Positions 1 through 10,135 of a DNA stretch of 64,000 bases are shown piece by piece (the stretch's first letter is position 1; each line of letters begins with the position of its first letter). Location: positions 264,884-328,883 of the forward strand of contig JABHGM010000001.1 of NCBI GenBank assembly GCA_018672055.1, given 5' to 3'. Made by a program: the position numbers and the translations under genes. The notes under the pieces are model-generated. The model made no database searches. It was not told the DNA's origin and was given only the letters and a program-made list of their open reading frames with translations. Source of the DNA: a bacterium. Its GTDB lineage: Bacteria > Patescibacteriota > Patescibacteriia > UBA1558 > UBA10009.

Positions 1-421
1 ATAATCCTAGAGGTAATGTGTTTAAATAGCTATCTATATTTAACTTATTTTCTATAAATATTTTATTTATTATTTGATTATCAGTTAAATCATTTAATTG
101 AATCTTTGATAAGTTTGTTTTTTGTAAATCATATTCTAAAGCAATTTGATAATCATCAATTAATAGATTTTTTAATTCATACTTTTCATTATAATATTCT
201 TTATATAATATATAGCCTACAAAAATAAGTAGAACTATTAAAAATATAATTAAAATAGGGTAGCCATATTTAGGCCATAGGTTTGAAGTTCTAGCTTTAA
301 GCTCACTTCTTAAAAAATTAGGATTTATTATTTCTGCCATGTACTCCGTATTTTAACATATTATTTGATAATCATTAATAGCTGTGTTAATATAGGATTA
401 ATTGTTCAAAATGGAGAAAAT

Positions 422-610
422 ATGGAAAAAATATTTGGTTTATCTATTATTAAAGTAGCTAATATAGTTACTTCTACTAAGAGAGAAGTTATTGTAGATT
501 CTGGACCAGCATGTCCAAATCAAAACTTTCTTGATTTCGTGCTTGAAGGCGCTGATTTATTACATAATAGATGTGGTGATATATTTGGAAAGGCTATGAA
601 AGCTAAATAA
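422..610 (+). CDS. small hypothetical protein
   Basis: ORF track 365..610; ATG at 422 is preceded by GGAG; terminator-like hairpin at ~644-682. Confidence 0.4.
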   Translation: MEKIFGLSIIKVANIVTSTKREVIVDSGPACPNQNFLDFVLEGADLLHNRCGDIFGKAMKAK

Positions 611-726
611 TTTAATTTTCTATCTTTAGAAAGTTAAAGATTCACTCTACCCGATTGATTATTGATTAGGTAGAGTTTTTTATTTAAATAAAAAACCGAG
701 TCTTTAAATAAGACTCGGTATAGTAA

Positions 727-1077
727 TTAGCGTGAACTCAAATACCAAAAGAAATATAATACGAAAATCCATGATCCAACCATACATCCATGATATATTG
801 GTTTGAATTGTTTGTAACTTAAGGCTTTATCATAGTATCTAGTATTTTCTAACTTTTTAATTGGCATAAGAAAAATAATAGAATTACCTACTGATACATG
901 GTAAATTATTACTATAAATAAAGTTCCCATACCATATAATATTCCTTGTTCTGATAAATAAATACATATTATTGGAAATATTAAAACTACTAATGTTGTA
1001 AGGATGAATTTAGGAATGTTCCATTTTTTTTCTGACCAATCAAAATTAGTAAAAAGTTTTAATGATTTTGTTACCAT
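727..1077 (-). CDS. hypothetical membrane protein (orphan unit)
   Basis: Three hydrophobic segments; GGAGGT precedes ATG at 1077; own terminator (~690-720) and TTGACA at 1146-1151. Confidence 0.6.
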   Translation of the reverse strand: MVTKSLKLFTNFDWSEKKWNIPKFILTTLVVLIFPIICIYLSEQGILYGMGTLFIVIIYHVSVGNSIIFLMPIKKLENTRYYDKALSYKQFKPIYHGCMVGSWIFVLYFFWYLSSR

Positions 1078-1165
1078 TTTTACCTCCATTTTTTGTCTAG
1101 GTGCGTTTATTATTTATATAACAGATTATCAAAAAAGGTTTTAAATGTCAATGTTTTATTTAAAT

Positions 1166-1195
1166 AAAAAAGCCGGGTATAATACCCGGCTTTTT
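1166..1195. terminator. bidirectional intrinsic terminator downstream of pnp
   Basis: aaaaaa-gccgggtat-a-atacccggc-ttttt. Confidence 0.8.
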
Positions 1196-1208
1196 ATATA
1201 TATCTTAT

Positions 1209-3455
1209 TTATCTTTTATTAAATGGTCTATTTCCACCTTGATTACCACCACGTCTATTATCATTACTACCATGAGGACGTCTTGGACCACGACTAGGTC
1301 TTCTTTCTTCAACGTAACCTTCTGGTTTAGGTATTAATTCTTTTCTAGATAATTCAATTCTATCTCTTTCTTTATCAACGCCCATTACTTTAACTTTAAC
1401 TGTGTCACCTACGTTTAAGTAATCAGTTACTTTGTTAACACGCTTCCAATCAATATTTGAGATATGAACCATACCATCTCTACCAGGTAATATTTCTACG
1501 ATAGCACCAATTTCATCACCATTGTTTTGGCCTTTAATTATTTGACTTACTGTACCTTCATATTCTTCATTAACCTCAATATCTTTAGTTATATCATTTA
1601 TTCTCTTTACAGCTTTTTCATTACCTTCTTTATCTGTAGCTGTAATGAATACTGAACCATCTTGTTCAATGTCTATTTCAACTTCAAATTCTTCAATCAT
1701 CTTATTAATTATCTTACCGCCAGGACCAATAATGTCTCTAATTTTATCTGGATCAATATGAAGTGTAGTAATTCTTGGAGCATGATCAGATAAATCTTTA
1801 CGTGCCTCAGGTAAAGCTTTGTCCATTGTTTCTAATATTTTAAGTCTAGCTTCCTTTGCTTTAATTAATGTTTCAGCACATACTTCTAAGGTAATACCAC
1901 TTAATTTAATATCAAGTTGTATAGCTGTAATACCATTTTTAGTACCAGCTACTTTAAAATCCATGTCAAAAGCATGATCTTCAATACCTTGAATATCTGA
2001 TAATATCTTATAATTATTCTTATCTTTAAGATCAGTTACGAGTCCCATAGCAATACCAGCTACAGGTGCTTTAATTGGTACACCAGCATCCATTAAGGAA
2101 AGACTAGAACCACAAATTGAAGCTTGTGAGGATGATCCATTAGAACTTAATACTTCAGAAACTACACGAACAGTATACGGAAAGTCTTCTTGACTAGGTA
2201 GAACAGGAATTAAAGCTTTTTCAGCTAAGGCACCATGACCAATATCACGTCTTGAAGGACCTCTATTTGGTCTTACTTCACCTACAGAAAAAGCAGGGAA
2301 GTTATAGTGATGCATGTAACGTTTCTTACCTTCTTCTTCCATACCATCTAAATGTTGTTCTGCGCCAGGACCACCTAAAGTAACTACAGATAATACTTGA
2401 GTTTGACCTCTGGAAAATAATCCAGAACCATGAACTCTAGGTAAAATACCTACTTCTGATGTTAGATCTCTTATCTCATCAATCTTTCTACCATCAACAC
2501 GTATATCTTGAGTCATAACCATTTTACGAGCAGCTTCATTTAGATATTCATCTATCATAGAAACACCTTTAGCTCTTTGTTCTTTAGATACTTCATTATC
2601 TTCTTTTAAGATGTCACTAACTTCAGATTCTAAGTTAGCAATATTAGTTTTAGTTTCATCTTTATTATTATTAAAGACATCATTTACTTTATGTAGTATA
2701 TGACCTTCTACTTTTTTACGAATAGCTGCTAACTCTTCTTTATCATCTTCATTTTCTGATGTCTTTTCTTGACCTATTTTCTTTTGTATATCACCAATTA
2801 ATTTAACAATATCTTTTAAATTTTTGTGTCCAAGATTTAAAGCTTCAGTAGCTGTTTTTTCATCTATTTCTTTACCACTAAGCTCAACCATGACTACCTC
2901 ATCTTTATTACCTGTTAAAAATAGATCAAAATCAGAATTTTCACGTTCTTCGTAATTACTATTTAAAACTAATTTACCATCAACTTGGCCAACACGAATA
3001 GCAGCCACAGGACCATTCCAAGGAATAGATGAAATTGATAGGGCAGTTGAAGCTGCAATTAAAGCAGGTACATCTGGATCATTTTCATTATCAACAGATA
3101 GTACAGTAATTACTACTTGCACATCTTTACGTTCAGCTTCTTTAAAAAGAGGCCTAATTGAACGATCAATAACTCTAGCTGTTAAAACAGCTTCGTCAGT
3201 AGCTCTACCTTCGCGTTTAACCCATCTAGAACCTTTAATCTTTCCAGCTGCGTAAAGCTTTTCTTCGTAATCAACCATAAGAGGAAAGTAATCAATACCT
3301 TCTCTTGGTGTTCTGCCTGTAACAGCAGTTGCTAAAACAACGGTTTCTCCGTACTGAACAGTACAAGAACCGTGTGCTTGTTCGGCTAACTTGCCGATTT
3401 GAATTTTGAGAGGCTTACCAGCATACTCTAATTCAAAATCATGAATTTTTTTCAT
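1209..3455 (-). CDS. pnp: polyribonucleotide nucleotidyltransferase (PNPase)
   Basis: Two RNase PH domains (RSIRPLF, HGSGLFSRGQTQ, SNGSSS, DMDFKVAGT), KH (IIGPGGK) and S1 domains; downstream of rpsO. Confidence 0.98.
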   Translation of the reverse strand: MKKIHDFELEYAGKPLKIQIGKLAEQAHGSCTVQYGETVVLATAVTGRTPREGIDYFPLMVDYEEKLYAAGKIKGSRWVKREGRATDEAVLTARVIDRSIRPLFKEAERKDVQVVITVLSVDNENDPDVPALIAASTALSISSIPWNGPVAAIRVGQVDGKLVLNSNYEERENSDFDLFLTGNKDEVVMVELSGKEIDEKTATEALNLGHKNLKDIVKLIGDIQKKIGQEKTSENEDDKEELAAIRKKVEGHILHKVNDVFNNNKDETKTNIANLESEVSDILKEDNEVSKEQRAKGVSMIDEYLNEAARKMVMTQDIRVDGRKIDEIRDLTSEVGILPRVHGSGLFSRGQTQVLSVVTLGGPGAEQHLDGMEEEGKKRYMHHYNFPAFSVGEVRPNRGPSRRDIGHGALAEKALIPVLPSQEDFPYTVRVVSEVLSSNGSSSQASICGSSLSLMDAGVPIKAPVAGIAMGLVTDLKDKNNYKILSDIQGIEDHAFDMDFKVAGTKNGITAIQLDIKLSGITLEVCAETLIKAKEARLKILETMDKALPEARKDLSDHAPRITTLHIDPDKIRDIIGPGGKIINKMIEEFEVEIDIEQDGSVFITATDKEGNEKAVKRINDITKDIEVNEEYEGTVSQIIKGQNNGDEIGAIVEILPGRDGMVHISNIDWKRVNKVTDYLNVGDTVKVKVMGVDKERDRIELSRKELIPKPEGYVEERRPSRGPRRPHGSNDNRRGGNQGGNRPFNKR

Positions 3456-3546
3456 ATTATTTTTCTTTCTTATTAAGCTGGTAATCAGATTACAGACCGT
3501 TCTATTAGAATAGTCTATCTATCTAACTACCAACTAATTAATTAAT

Positions 3547-4047
3547 TTATTTTATCTTCATTAAATATCTTTTCTTATCACGTGATAGATCAGTAAAGTC
3601 ATCACATATTTCAAGTAAGTTATGTGAAGAGCTTTCTTTAAAAGCAATTACTTCTACTTGTATTCCATTATTTTGTAAATATTCAACAAGTGGTACATAA
3701 TCACCATCACCTGATACTATAACTACGACATCAAGCTTAGATGACATTTTAATTGTATCCATAGCAAGACCTACATCCCAATCAGCTTTTTTAGCACCGC
3801 CAGCAAAGATTTGTAAATCTTTGGTTTTAATTTTAAAACCAGATTTTTCTAAGGCTCCAAAAAACATAGCTTCATCTTTATTTGGTGAAGTTATGACATA
3901 GGCCATAGCATTAACTAGTTTTCTGCCGGATACTGATTGTTTTAGTACTTCTTTAAAGTTCACTCTAGAATTATATATATTCTTAGCAGAGTGATACATG
4001 TTTTGCACATCAACGAATACGCCAATGCGCTGTTCTGGATGCTTCAT
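3547..4047 (-). CDS. NYN domain (LabA/DUF88-like PIN) protein
   Basis: VFVDVQNM, KADWDVGLAMD and SGDGDY motifs. Confidence 0.9.
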   Translation of the reverse strand: MKHPEQRIGVFVDVQNMYHSAKNIYNSRVNFKEVLKQSVSGRKLVNAMAYVITSPNKDEAMFFGALEKSGFKIKTKDLQIFAGGAKKADWDVGLAMDTIKMSSKLDVVVIVSGDGDYVPLVEYLQNNGIQVEVIAFKESSSHNLLEICDDFTDLSRDKKRYLMKIK

Positions 4048-4048
4048 A

Positions 4049-4393
4049 TTATTTTTTTCCTTTCTTTTCTAATTCTTTTTCTTTGATTACTTTAGCTACT
4101 TCTGATAACTCTTCGTAAACTCTTTTTTTGATCTTAAGTTTTAATTTCTTAGCTAAAGTTTCAAAACTCTTTTCATTTTCTCTCTCTAGATAACGCAAAA
4201 GCTTCCTTCTTAGGGAAACCTTTCTAATTAAACCACGACGAGATGAATAATCTTTTTTGTGGTCTTTTAAATGCTCTGTTAATTCTTTAATTTCAGCAGT
4301 TAATATGGCAATCTGAATTTCGGGACTACCAGTATCATTAGCATGAGTCTTAAATTTTTTAATTATTGCTTGTTTCTTTTTTTTGTCTAACAT
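4049..4393 (-). CDS. rpsO: 30S ribosomal protein S15
   Basis: [13 protein letters not shown]...[11 protein letters not shown]; probable ATG at 4393 (MLDKKKK); C-terminal extension. Confidence 0.95.
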   Translation of the reverse strand: MLDKKKKQAIIKKFKTHANDTGSPEIQIAILTAEIKELTEHLKDHKKDYSSRRGLIRKVSLRRKLLRYLERENEKSFETLAKKLKLKIKKRVYEELSEVAKVIKEKELEKKGKK

Positions 4394-4564
4394 AGTGTTT
4401 TCCTTATCGATATCCAAGTGAAGCTTAAGTTAGACTTATATGCTTTAACCGAGATATCGCTTATTAATTAGTATATATTAAAATAGCAAATATATTTACT
4501 TTTGTCAAGGTCTATTGAGTATAAAAAAAGAGCAGAGGATATCTGCTCTATATTAAGTTGATAT

Positions 4565-4870
4565 TTATGCGACTATTTTTTTTAGTCGGAAGTCCTGCAT
4601 ATGTCTAGAATAACCACTATCTGGGAAATGAACAATGACAAGCCAATTATTAAAATCATTATGATAATTTTGAGTAACTACTCCTTTTTTACCTTTAGAG
4701 CAGAAATCATATCGAGGATCAGCTTTTAGATCTTCAAGATCAACAGCAACTTCAATTTGGTCATTAATAAAGACATACAAACCATTACAGTCAATCCCTA
4801 TAGCTTTTTTTTGGTTTCTGGGATCATATTCATGTCGATTTGATTCATTTACAGTAAATGTATCATTCAT
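4565..4870 (-). CDS. hypothetical protein (orphan unit)
   Basis: 101-aa ORF with AAGGAGGG SD, TTGAC at ~4918-4923 and own terminator at ~4522-4549. Confidence 0.6.
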   Translation of the reverse strand: MNDTFTVNESNRHEYDPRNQKKAIGIDCNGLYVFINDQIEVAVDLEDLKADPRYDFCSKGKKGVVTQNYHNDFNNWLVIVHFPDSGYSRHMQDFRLKKIVA

Positions 4871-4962
4871 CTCTTTTCCCTCCTTATTTTTTTAGATTAT
4901 ATATAATTTAAATTTAAAGTCAAGGTATAATTATTTCACGACACTTGTGATATAATATATAT

Positions 4963-5667
4963 ATGCCAAATAGAGTAACAATTAATTTAGTCTTAAGAAA
5001 ATATATAGAAAGTTTAGAAGCACGTGATATGAATGAAAAGACTATTAGTAATTATTCATATTATTTGAATAGGTTTTTTAAATATTCAAATATTACTAAA
5101 CCTATTGATATATCCGAAGAAAAAGTAAAACTATTTAAAACATACTTACTTAAATTAAAAAAGAATAAAACTACTATTAATTATCATTTAATAGCTATAA
5201 GATCATATTTAAAGTATATGAGATTAAATAAGAAGGAAGTATTAAATTTTAAAAAAGTAAAATTATTTAAAACAACTTTTAAATTACAAACTACTACTAA
5301 AATAAAGATTGATAAATTATTAGAGGCACCAAGTAAAATACAAGCAAGTAAGATAATTAAATTAAGAGATAGAGCTATACTTGAAATAATAATTGAGAAA
5401 GGCTATAAAGTATCAAAGATAGCTAAATTAGATAGAAAGAATTTATTAAAGTTTTCAAAGCAATCAAAATATTATTTAAATAAATATTTAGCTTTAAGAA
5501 CTGATGATGCTCCATATTTATTTATAGGGCATGATAGAGCATTAAAAAAAAGAGAAAAGATTAAAGCGTTAAGTCCAAGATCAATACAACGCTTAGTAGA
5601 AAAATATGTTAAAGTCAGCGGTTTAAAAGATATAACACCAGAGACACTCAGACATATAAAAGGTTGA
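4963..5667 (+). CDS. XerC/XerD-like tyrosine recombinase family protein, C-terminally truncated and probably inactive
   Basis: SAM-like N-terminus (TINYHLIAIRSYLKY), LRDRAILE, LSPRSIQRLV; ends ITPETLRHIKG before the catalytic Tyr; GLRVSE box reads GYKVSK. Confidence 0.75.
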   Translation: MPNRVTINLVLRKYIESLEARDMNEKTISNYSYYLNRFFKYSNITKPIDISEEKVKLFKTYLLKLKKNKTTINYHLIAIRSYLKYMRLNKKEVLNFKKVKLFKTTFKLQTTTKIKIDKLLEAPSKIQASKIIKLRDRAILEIIIEKGYKVSKIAKLDRKNLLKFSKQSKYYLNKYLALRTDDAPYLFIGHDRALKKREKIKALSPRSIQRLVEKYVKVSGLKDITPETLRHIKG

Positions 5668-5692
5668 CTTTTAAAGCTAAAAATGCTAATAT
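5664..5692 (+). promoter_or_regulatory. sigma70-type promoter of the tRNA pair
   Basis: TTGACT-N17-TAATAT, 15 nt upstream of tRNA-Arg. Confidence 0.7.
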
Positions 5693-5707
5693 ATGGCGAG
5701 TTATTAT

Positions 5708-5782
5708 GCCCCGGTAGTTCAACGGATAGAACAACGGCCTTCTAAGCCGTGGATCTAGGTTCGATTCCTAGCCGGGGTACCA
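5708..5782 (+). tRNA. tRNA-Arg(TCT)
   Basis: Acceptor GCCCCGG/CCGGGGT, anticodon arm acggc-cttctaa-gccgt, GGTTCGATTCC T-loop, encoded CCA. Confidence 0.95.
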
Positions 5783-5783
5783 T

Positions 5784-5858
5784 GGTGCCTATGGTGTAGC
5801 GGTAACACACGGGTTTGTGGTACCTGTATCGAGGGTTCAACTCCCTCTAGGCACCCCA
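5784..5858 (+). tRNA. tRNA-His(GTG); integration target
   Basis: G-1 plus GTGCCTA/TAGGCAC acceptor, anticodon loop ttGTGgt, GGTTCAACTCC T-loop, encoded CCA. Confidence 0.95.
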
Positions 5859-7421
5859 TAAGGAAAGAATAGGACTAAAATCTCTATTCTTTCTTTTATT
5901 TACGGGGTAAAATGACGGTTCTAACCTTTCCATCTGCTTTTCTATCTTTTTTTGATGGTTAGAAATGGGAACTAGCCATTCCATTGGTTTTATTTTGAGT
6001 TCACCATTAGTTAAAGTATAGCTTTGACCAAGGGTTGAAAATATATTTCGTTTAGTTTTTATGTCTCCGTTAATGAAAGATTTTTCTGCAGTAGCTACAA
6101 AATCAAAAGCTTCTTCCATTATATCGTTCCAATTTATAGCTCTATCTTGATTCTGAGATAGTTTTTGTTTTATTTCTGCAATTTCATTTTTTAATTTAGT
6201 TCTTTCGTGCATAAACTCTTCATCAGTTAATAAATCTTTTAATCTAAGTTTAGTAAGGTTGTCTGATTGAAGTTCTAGGCTTTTATATTTCTTCTTTAAA
6301 TTTGAATAAAGTTTATCTGTTATCTTAGTTTCATTTTTATGGTTTTCTGCTAATACTTCCAAAGCTAGTTTAGTAAAACCTGAAGGGATAGTATATTTTT
6401 TTAATTCATTGGTAATTTGTTTTTCTAAATCTTCTATACGAATTGGTTTTTCGTGACAATGAGAATCCTTTTTTCTTCTAGTACAACGATAGTATGTATA
6501 ATGTGCAGTTTTGTTGGTACTAACAATATGTTTATTTTTTGTTTCAGCAGTAATTGAACAACCACAATGACCACATTTTATTATTCCTGTGAAAGCAAAA
6601 TTATGTTTTTGAGGTTTTGGTTTGTTTCTATATCCTAATATTTCTTGTATTTTATTAAATTCATCTATGGTTATCATTGGTTCGTGTATTCCAACATACT
6701 CTTTTCCTTGATAGGTGATAGTCCCTGTATAGAATTTATTTGAGAATATTCTATAAAGACTACTCATTGCTAATGGTTTATTACCACTACGTTTGCTGAC
6801 AGGAGTTTTAAAATGATATTTTTTATTTATGATTGAAAGTATCTTAGGAACATTATGTTTTTCATTAAGCATTAAATTCCAAGCTTCTCTTATAATATTA
6901 AATCTTTCAGGGTCTTTTATAATAGTTTTATTAACTTTGTCATTTAAGTATCCAACTGGAGCTTTAGATATATATCCACCCTTTTCTACTTTTCCTTTAA
7001 GACCTCTTAAAGTATTCTTTCTAAGGTCGAGAATAAATTGGTTTGCCATGCCACTTTCTACACTGAACATCAATACATTATCTTCAGGCTTATATTCTTT
7101 GTCTATTGTTTGAATTGACTTAATAATTCCTTCTTGAAGTAACCATTGTATTCGGGCACTGTCTACAGGATTACGAGAAAGTCTATTAATTTGCCAACAT
7201 AAAATACCATCAGCTTTTCCAGACTCTATTGCTTCTATCATTTTATTGAATATAGGTCTATCATTAGGTTTTTTGGCTGATTTTGACTCTGTAAAGACTT
7301 TTATGACATTAATACCTAAATCATCAGCTAATCGTTTTAGATTACTGATTTGGTCATCAATGGACTGTATTTGTCTATCTTCACTTTCTTGAGATTTTCT
7401 TGCGTATAGATAGTAATTCAT
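5847..7421 (-). CDS. large serine recombinase (resolvase, recombinase, Zn-ribbon and coiled-coil domains)
   Basis: YARKS catalytic motif, RLSRN, APVGY, CGHCG...YYRC; last codons W-G-A-stop lie within the antisense of the tRNA-His 3' end. Confidence 0.95.
   Translation of the reverse strand: MNYYLYARKSQESEDRQIQSIDDQISNLKRLADDLGINVIKVFTESKSAKKPNDRPIFNKMIEAIESGKADGILCWQINRLSRNPVDSARIQWLLQEGIIKSIQTIDKEYKPEDNVLMFSVESGMANQFILDLRKNTLRGLKGKVEKGGYISKAPVGYLNDKVNKTIIKDPERFNIIREAWNLMLNEKHNVPKILSIINKKYHFKTPVSKRSGNKPLAMSSLYRIFSNKFYTGTITYQGKEYVGIHEPMITIDEFNKIQEILGYRNKPKPQKHNFAFTGIIKCGHCGCSITAETKNKHIVSTNKTAHYTYYRCTRRKKDSHCHEKPIRIEDLEKQITNELKKYTIPSGFTKLALEVLAENHKNETKITDKLYSNLKKKYKSLELQSDNLTKLRLKDLLTDEEFMHERTKLKNEIAEIKQKLSQNQDRAINWNDIMEEAFDFVATAEKSFINGDIKTKRNIFSTLGQSYTLTNGELKIKPMEWLVPISNHQKKIEKQMERLEPSFYPVNKRKNRDFSPILSLWGA
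5863..5898 (+). terminator. terminator for the tRNA transcript, embedded in the recombinase coding sequence
   Basis: gaaagaatag-N11-ctattctttc followed by ttttt. Confidence 0.55.
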
Positions 7422-7423
7422 TT

Positions 7424-7750
7424 TTAAAAAAATATTATTTTAATAATCCAGACACACAAACCTAAAATACCAATTACAATAGCTGGGGTTCCCCAAACTA
7501 AATTTGCACTTGTTTGCATATCTAATGCTTTTTCTTGTGTTTTCTTTGTAGCTATGACTGGGACTATAAATAAAATATCAATTAATAATCCAAAACATGC
7601 ACCAAACAATGCAAAGCTTAAAATATTTTTATTTAAAGCTAATCCCCAAATGCCTATTGAGATTGTCCAATAAATTATAAAAGTAAAACCAACAGTAATT
7701 GCCATAGTTATTGCTTGGCTTCTTGTTATTAGTGTTTGATTTGTTTTCAT
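7424..7750 (-). CDS. small membrane protein (element)
   Basis: Three hydrophobic helices; abuts the recombinase start. Confidence 0.7.
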   Translation of the reverse strand: MKTNQTLITRSQAITMAITVGFTFIIYWTISIGIWGLALNKNILSFALFGACFGLLIDILFIVPVIATKKTQEKALDMQTSANLVWGTPAIVIGILGLCVWIIKIIFF

Positions 7751-7756
7751 ATGATA

Positions 7757-7906
7757 TTAATTAATTAATTTATTTAAGTCTTCTTCTTTTATCCTCCATT
7801 GCCCAATTTTAGTAGCTTTTAATTTACCGCTTTTAATATATCTATAAACAGATTTTTCAGATACTTTAAGTATTTTTGCTACTTCTTGTAATGTATATAA
7901 TTTCAT
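7757..7906 (-). CDS. excisionase-like HTH protein (HTH_17/AlpA-like), 49 aa
   Basis: Manual translation MKLYTLQEVAKILKVSEKSVYRYIKSGKLKATKIGQWRIKEEDLNKLIN; not in the ORF track. Confidence 0.85.
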   Translation of the reverse strand: MKLYTLQEVAKILKVSEKSVYRYIKSGKLKATKIGQWRIKEEDLNKLIN

Positions 7907-7910
7907 GTTT

Positions 7911-8114
7911 CTATTTTTTTTTATCGGGTTTAACCCAAAAATAAATTAATAATATTCCTAAAAATATCCACCAGGTTATTTGAGCTAATTCTACTCTTGA
8001 TTCATACTCTGGTCTTTGCAAGCATCCTATCATTACTATTATAAAGATAAAAAACCAGGCTTTAAGGAGCCAACCAATTATTATTGCAAAAAATTTTCTA
8101 TCTATTTTTTTCAT
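7911..8114 (-). CDS. small membrane protein (element)
   Basis: Two hydrophobic helices; operonic spacing with the HTH gene. Confidence 0.6.
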   Translation of the reverse strand: MKKIDRKFFAIIIGWLLKAWFFIFIIVMIGCLQRPEYESRVELAQITWWIFLGILLIYFWVKPDKKK

Positions 8115-8158
8115 AAATTACTATTTTAGTATTTCATGCATGTCCAGTTTTGTCCAGT

Positions 8159-8482
8159 CTAGTTATCCACCTTCTTTAAGACTGAATATTTAGAAGCTTG
8201 TTTAAGTAAGGGACGCAAAATTATATATTTTGGAATGGAATAATAATCATTTACATTTACTAGTTTGAAAGCTGAATATACTTCATTTTTACAAAACGCC
8301 AAATTTAATTCCTCTAAGCAAACAATTATTGAATTTAATAATACTAAATCACTCCAACCTTTATATAGTTTTCTTTTTCTAAGTATATTGAATATTCTCC
8401 TAATACGGTATCTCTTTTTTCTAAACTTCTTTAAATCTTTTTTTAAGTATTCAAGTATACTTTCTATTTTTAACTCTAACAT
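8159..8482 (-). CDS. basic hypothetical protein (element)
   Basis: 107-aa ORF co-oriented with its neighbours. Confidence 0.55.
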   Translation of the reverse strand: MLELKIESILEYLKKDLKKFRKKRYRIRRIFNILRKRKLYKGWSDLVLLNSIIVCLEELNLAFCKNEVYSAFKLVNVNDYYSIPKYIILRPLLKQASKYSVLKKVDN

Positions 8483-8584
8483 ATGTTACTTTATTATTAT
8501 TATTTGTTATTAGATGATATAGGAATAAACTATATAGTTACATACATACATGTGACACTATATAGTAACCTAGTTACATATAGG

Positions 8585-8950
8585 CTAGAAAGGAATACTT
8601 TCTTCTTCTGTTTCATTATTTTCAATTTGGAATTTATTCTTATAATATTCTTTAGTAACCTTTTCGTATTCTTCAACAATTCTTTTTTGTAGTTGTTTCC
8701 ATATACCTTCATCATCTATTACTACTTGGGGTCTCCATTTACCATAAGCATATACGCATGGGGGAGTAATCCAGTATTTACTTCCATCTTCTGTTGGCTT
8801 GTCTAAACGAATTACACGATATCCCTTCAGTATGAGCTTTTTATAGGTACATATGACTCGAGCTAGCACCTTGCCCTCTTCCTTGATTTCTACGCCAATT
8901 TTGAATTGATTTATATCAATATTGGTGATGTTATTTTCTTCTTGCTTCAT
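8585..8950 (-). CDS. SpoVG-like putative nucleic-acid binding protein
   Basis: LARV...LILKGYRVI...WITPP pattern; acidic SSB-like tail EEESIPF. Confidence 0.55.
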   Translation of the reverse strand: MKQEENNITNIDINQFKIGVEIKEEGKVLARVICTYKKLILKGYRVIRLDKPTEDGSKYWITPPCVYAYGKWRPQVVIDDEGIWKQLQKRIVEEYEKVTKEYYKNKFQIENNETEEESIPF

Positions 8951-9107
8951 TGTTTCTTTGATTAGTTTTTAAATTATGATAAATTATTGTTTCTATAAAC
9001 AAAATAAGTTGGTTTAAAGCATCACTTGCATCATCATAGCTAGGTTCATATCCAAAGTATGTTGAATGGAGTTTTTGGTATCCTTTAATTTGTTTTTCTG
9101 TTAGCAT
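8931..9107 (-). CDS. small hypothetical protein, 58 aa
   Basis: Manual translation MLTEKQIKGYQKLHSTYFGYEPSYDDASDALNQLILFIETII...; overlaps the start of the next gene. Confidence 0.55.
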   Translation of the reverse strand: MLTEKQIKGYQKLHSTYFGYEPSYDDASDALNQLILFIETIIYHNLKTNQRNNEARRK

Positions 9108-9193
9108 ATTTTCATATTAACAAAAATAAAAAAGATTACGGGCGTAATCTTGTTAGTTCATACTATCTATGTATTATTTCATATTATTTCATA

Positions 9194-10135
9194 CTATTTC
9201 TTTTTTGGTTTTATGTCTCTTATAATTTTTTTCAAATCAATATTTTTAGTTTTATTAACTGTTACAGGATTGATTAATTTAATAGCATCTTTTGAACTAC
9301 TAGGGAAAAACCATTTTTTAAGTTCTTTCTTAAATCCTAAATCAGCTATTACTTTGGTTAAATCTTTTGTATAATCTTTTTCTTGCTTAGCGATTTCTTT
9401 CCTTCTAACCTTTTTATTTGCATGTTCGAAAATATATTCAAATGCTTGCTGATTTGGGCTATCGAAATTTGGTCTTGATAGTAAAATCCCATTTATTCTT
9501 ATTTCTTGATTTAACTCATCATAATCAACCTCAACCTTAAGAGATTCTTTATGTATGATACTGGAAATTTTTGCATTAAGTTTAGTATTTACGTCTTTTT
9601 TTTCGATTAACGATTTTATTTTTTCGAATAATAAATTCTTTGATTGTACTTGAAAGTCAACATTTATTTCATACAGTAATTCGTCTGTTGGTACTATCTT
9701 ATATTTTTTTACATTTTCTATAAGTGATTTCACGAGTATTTCAGTTTTAGCAGGATTAGCAATGCCAGACATTATTTTTTTTAGCTTTGATATTTTATTA
9801 CTTTTGCCACGGGATATTATTTTTTCTTCTGATAATTCTGTAAGAATAGAGTCAAATAAATTTCTATTAATCACAAATTGTGTATTGTTTATTCTAAAAA
9901 AGTTAGATAAGGAATGTCCTTTTACTATTCCAAGTTTATTAAGTGTAACTGACTTTGTAGGATAGTTGTCATTTATTTCATTAATTTTACTTAGTATATG
10001 ATGAATAGCTTCATCTTTAGATTTAGATGAGAAGTAAAATAAACCTCCTTGTTCAAGTATTTTAATATGTTGGTTAACAACATCCTCGTTCGCCTTAGTT
10101 TGTGTATTTTTATTTACCATACATATACTGTACAT
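9194..10135 (-). CDS. hypothetical protein, possible C-terminal winged helix
   Basis: 313-aa ORF in AT-rich DNA; start uncertain. Confidence 0.6.
   Translation of the reverse strand: MYSICMVNKNTQTKANEDVVNQHIKILEQGGLFYFSSKSKDEAIHHILSKINEINDNYPTKSVTLNKLGIVKGHSLSNFFRINNTQFVINRNLFDSILTELSEEKIISRGKSNKISKLKKIMSGIANPAKTEILVKSLIENVKKYKIVPTDELLYEINVDFQVQSKNLLFEKIKSLIEKKDVNTKLNAKISSIIHKESLKVEVDYDELNQEIRINGILLSRPNFDSPNQQAFEYIFEHANKKVRRKEIAKQEKDYTKDLTKVIADLGFKKELKKWFFPSSSKDAIKLINPVTVNKTKNIDLKKIIRDIKPKKK

Noticed and set aside
1-364. AT-rich stretch at the window start
   Set aside because: No supportable ORF, RNA or repeat; context is cut off by the window edge.
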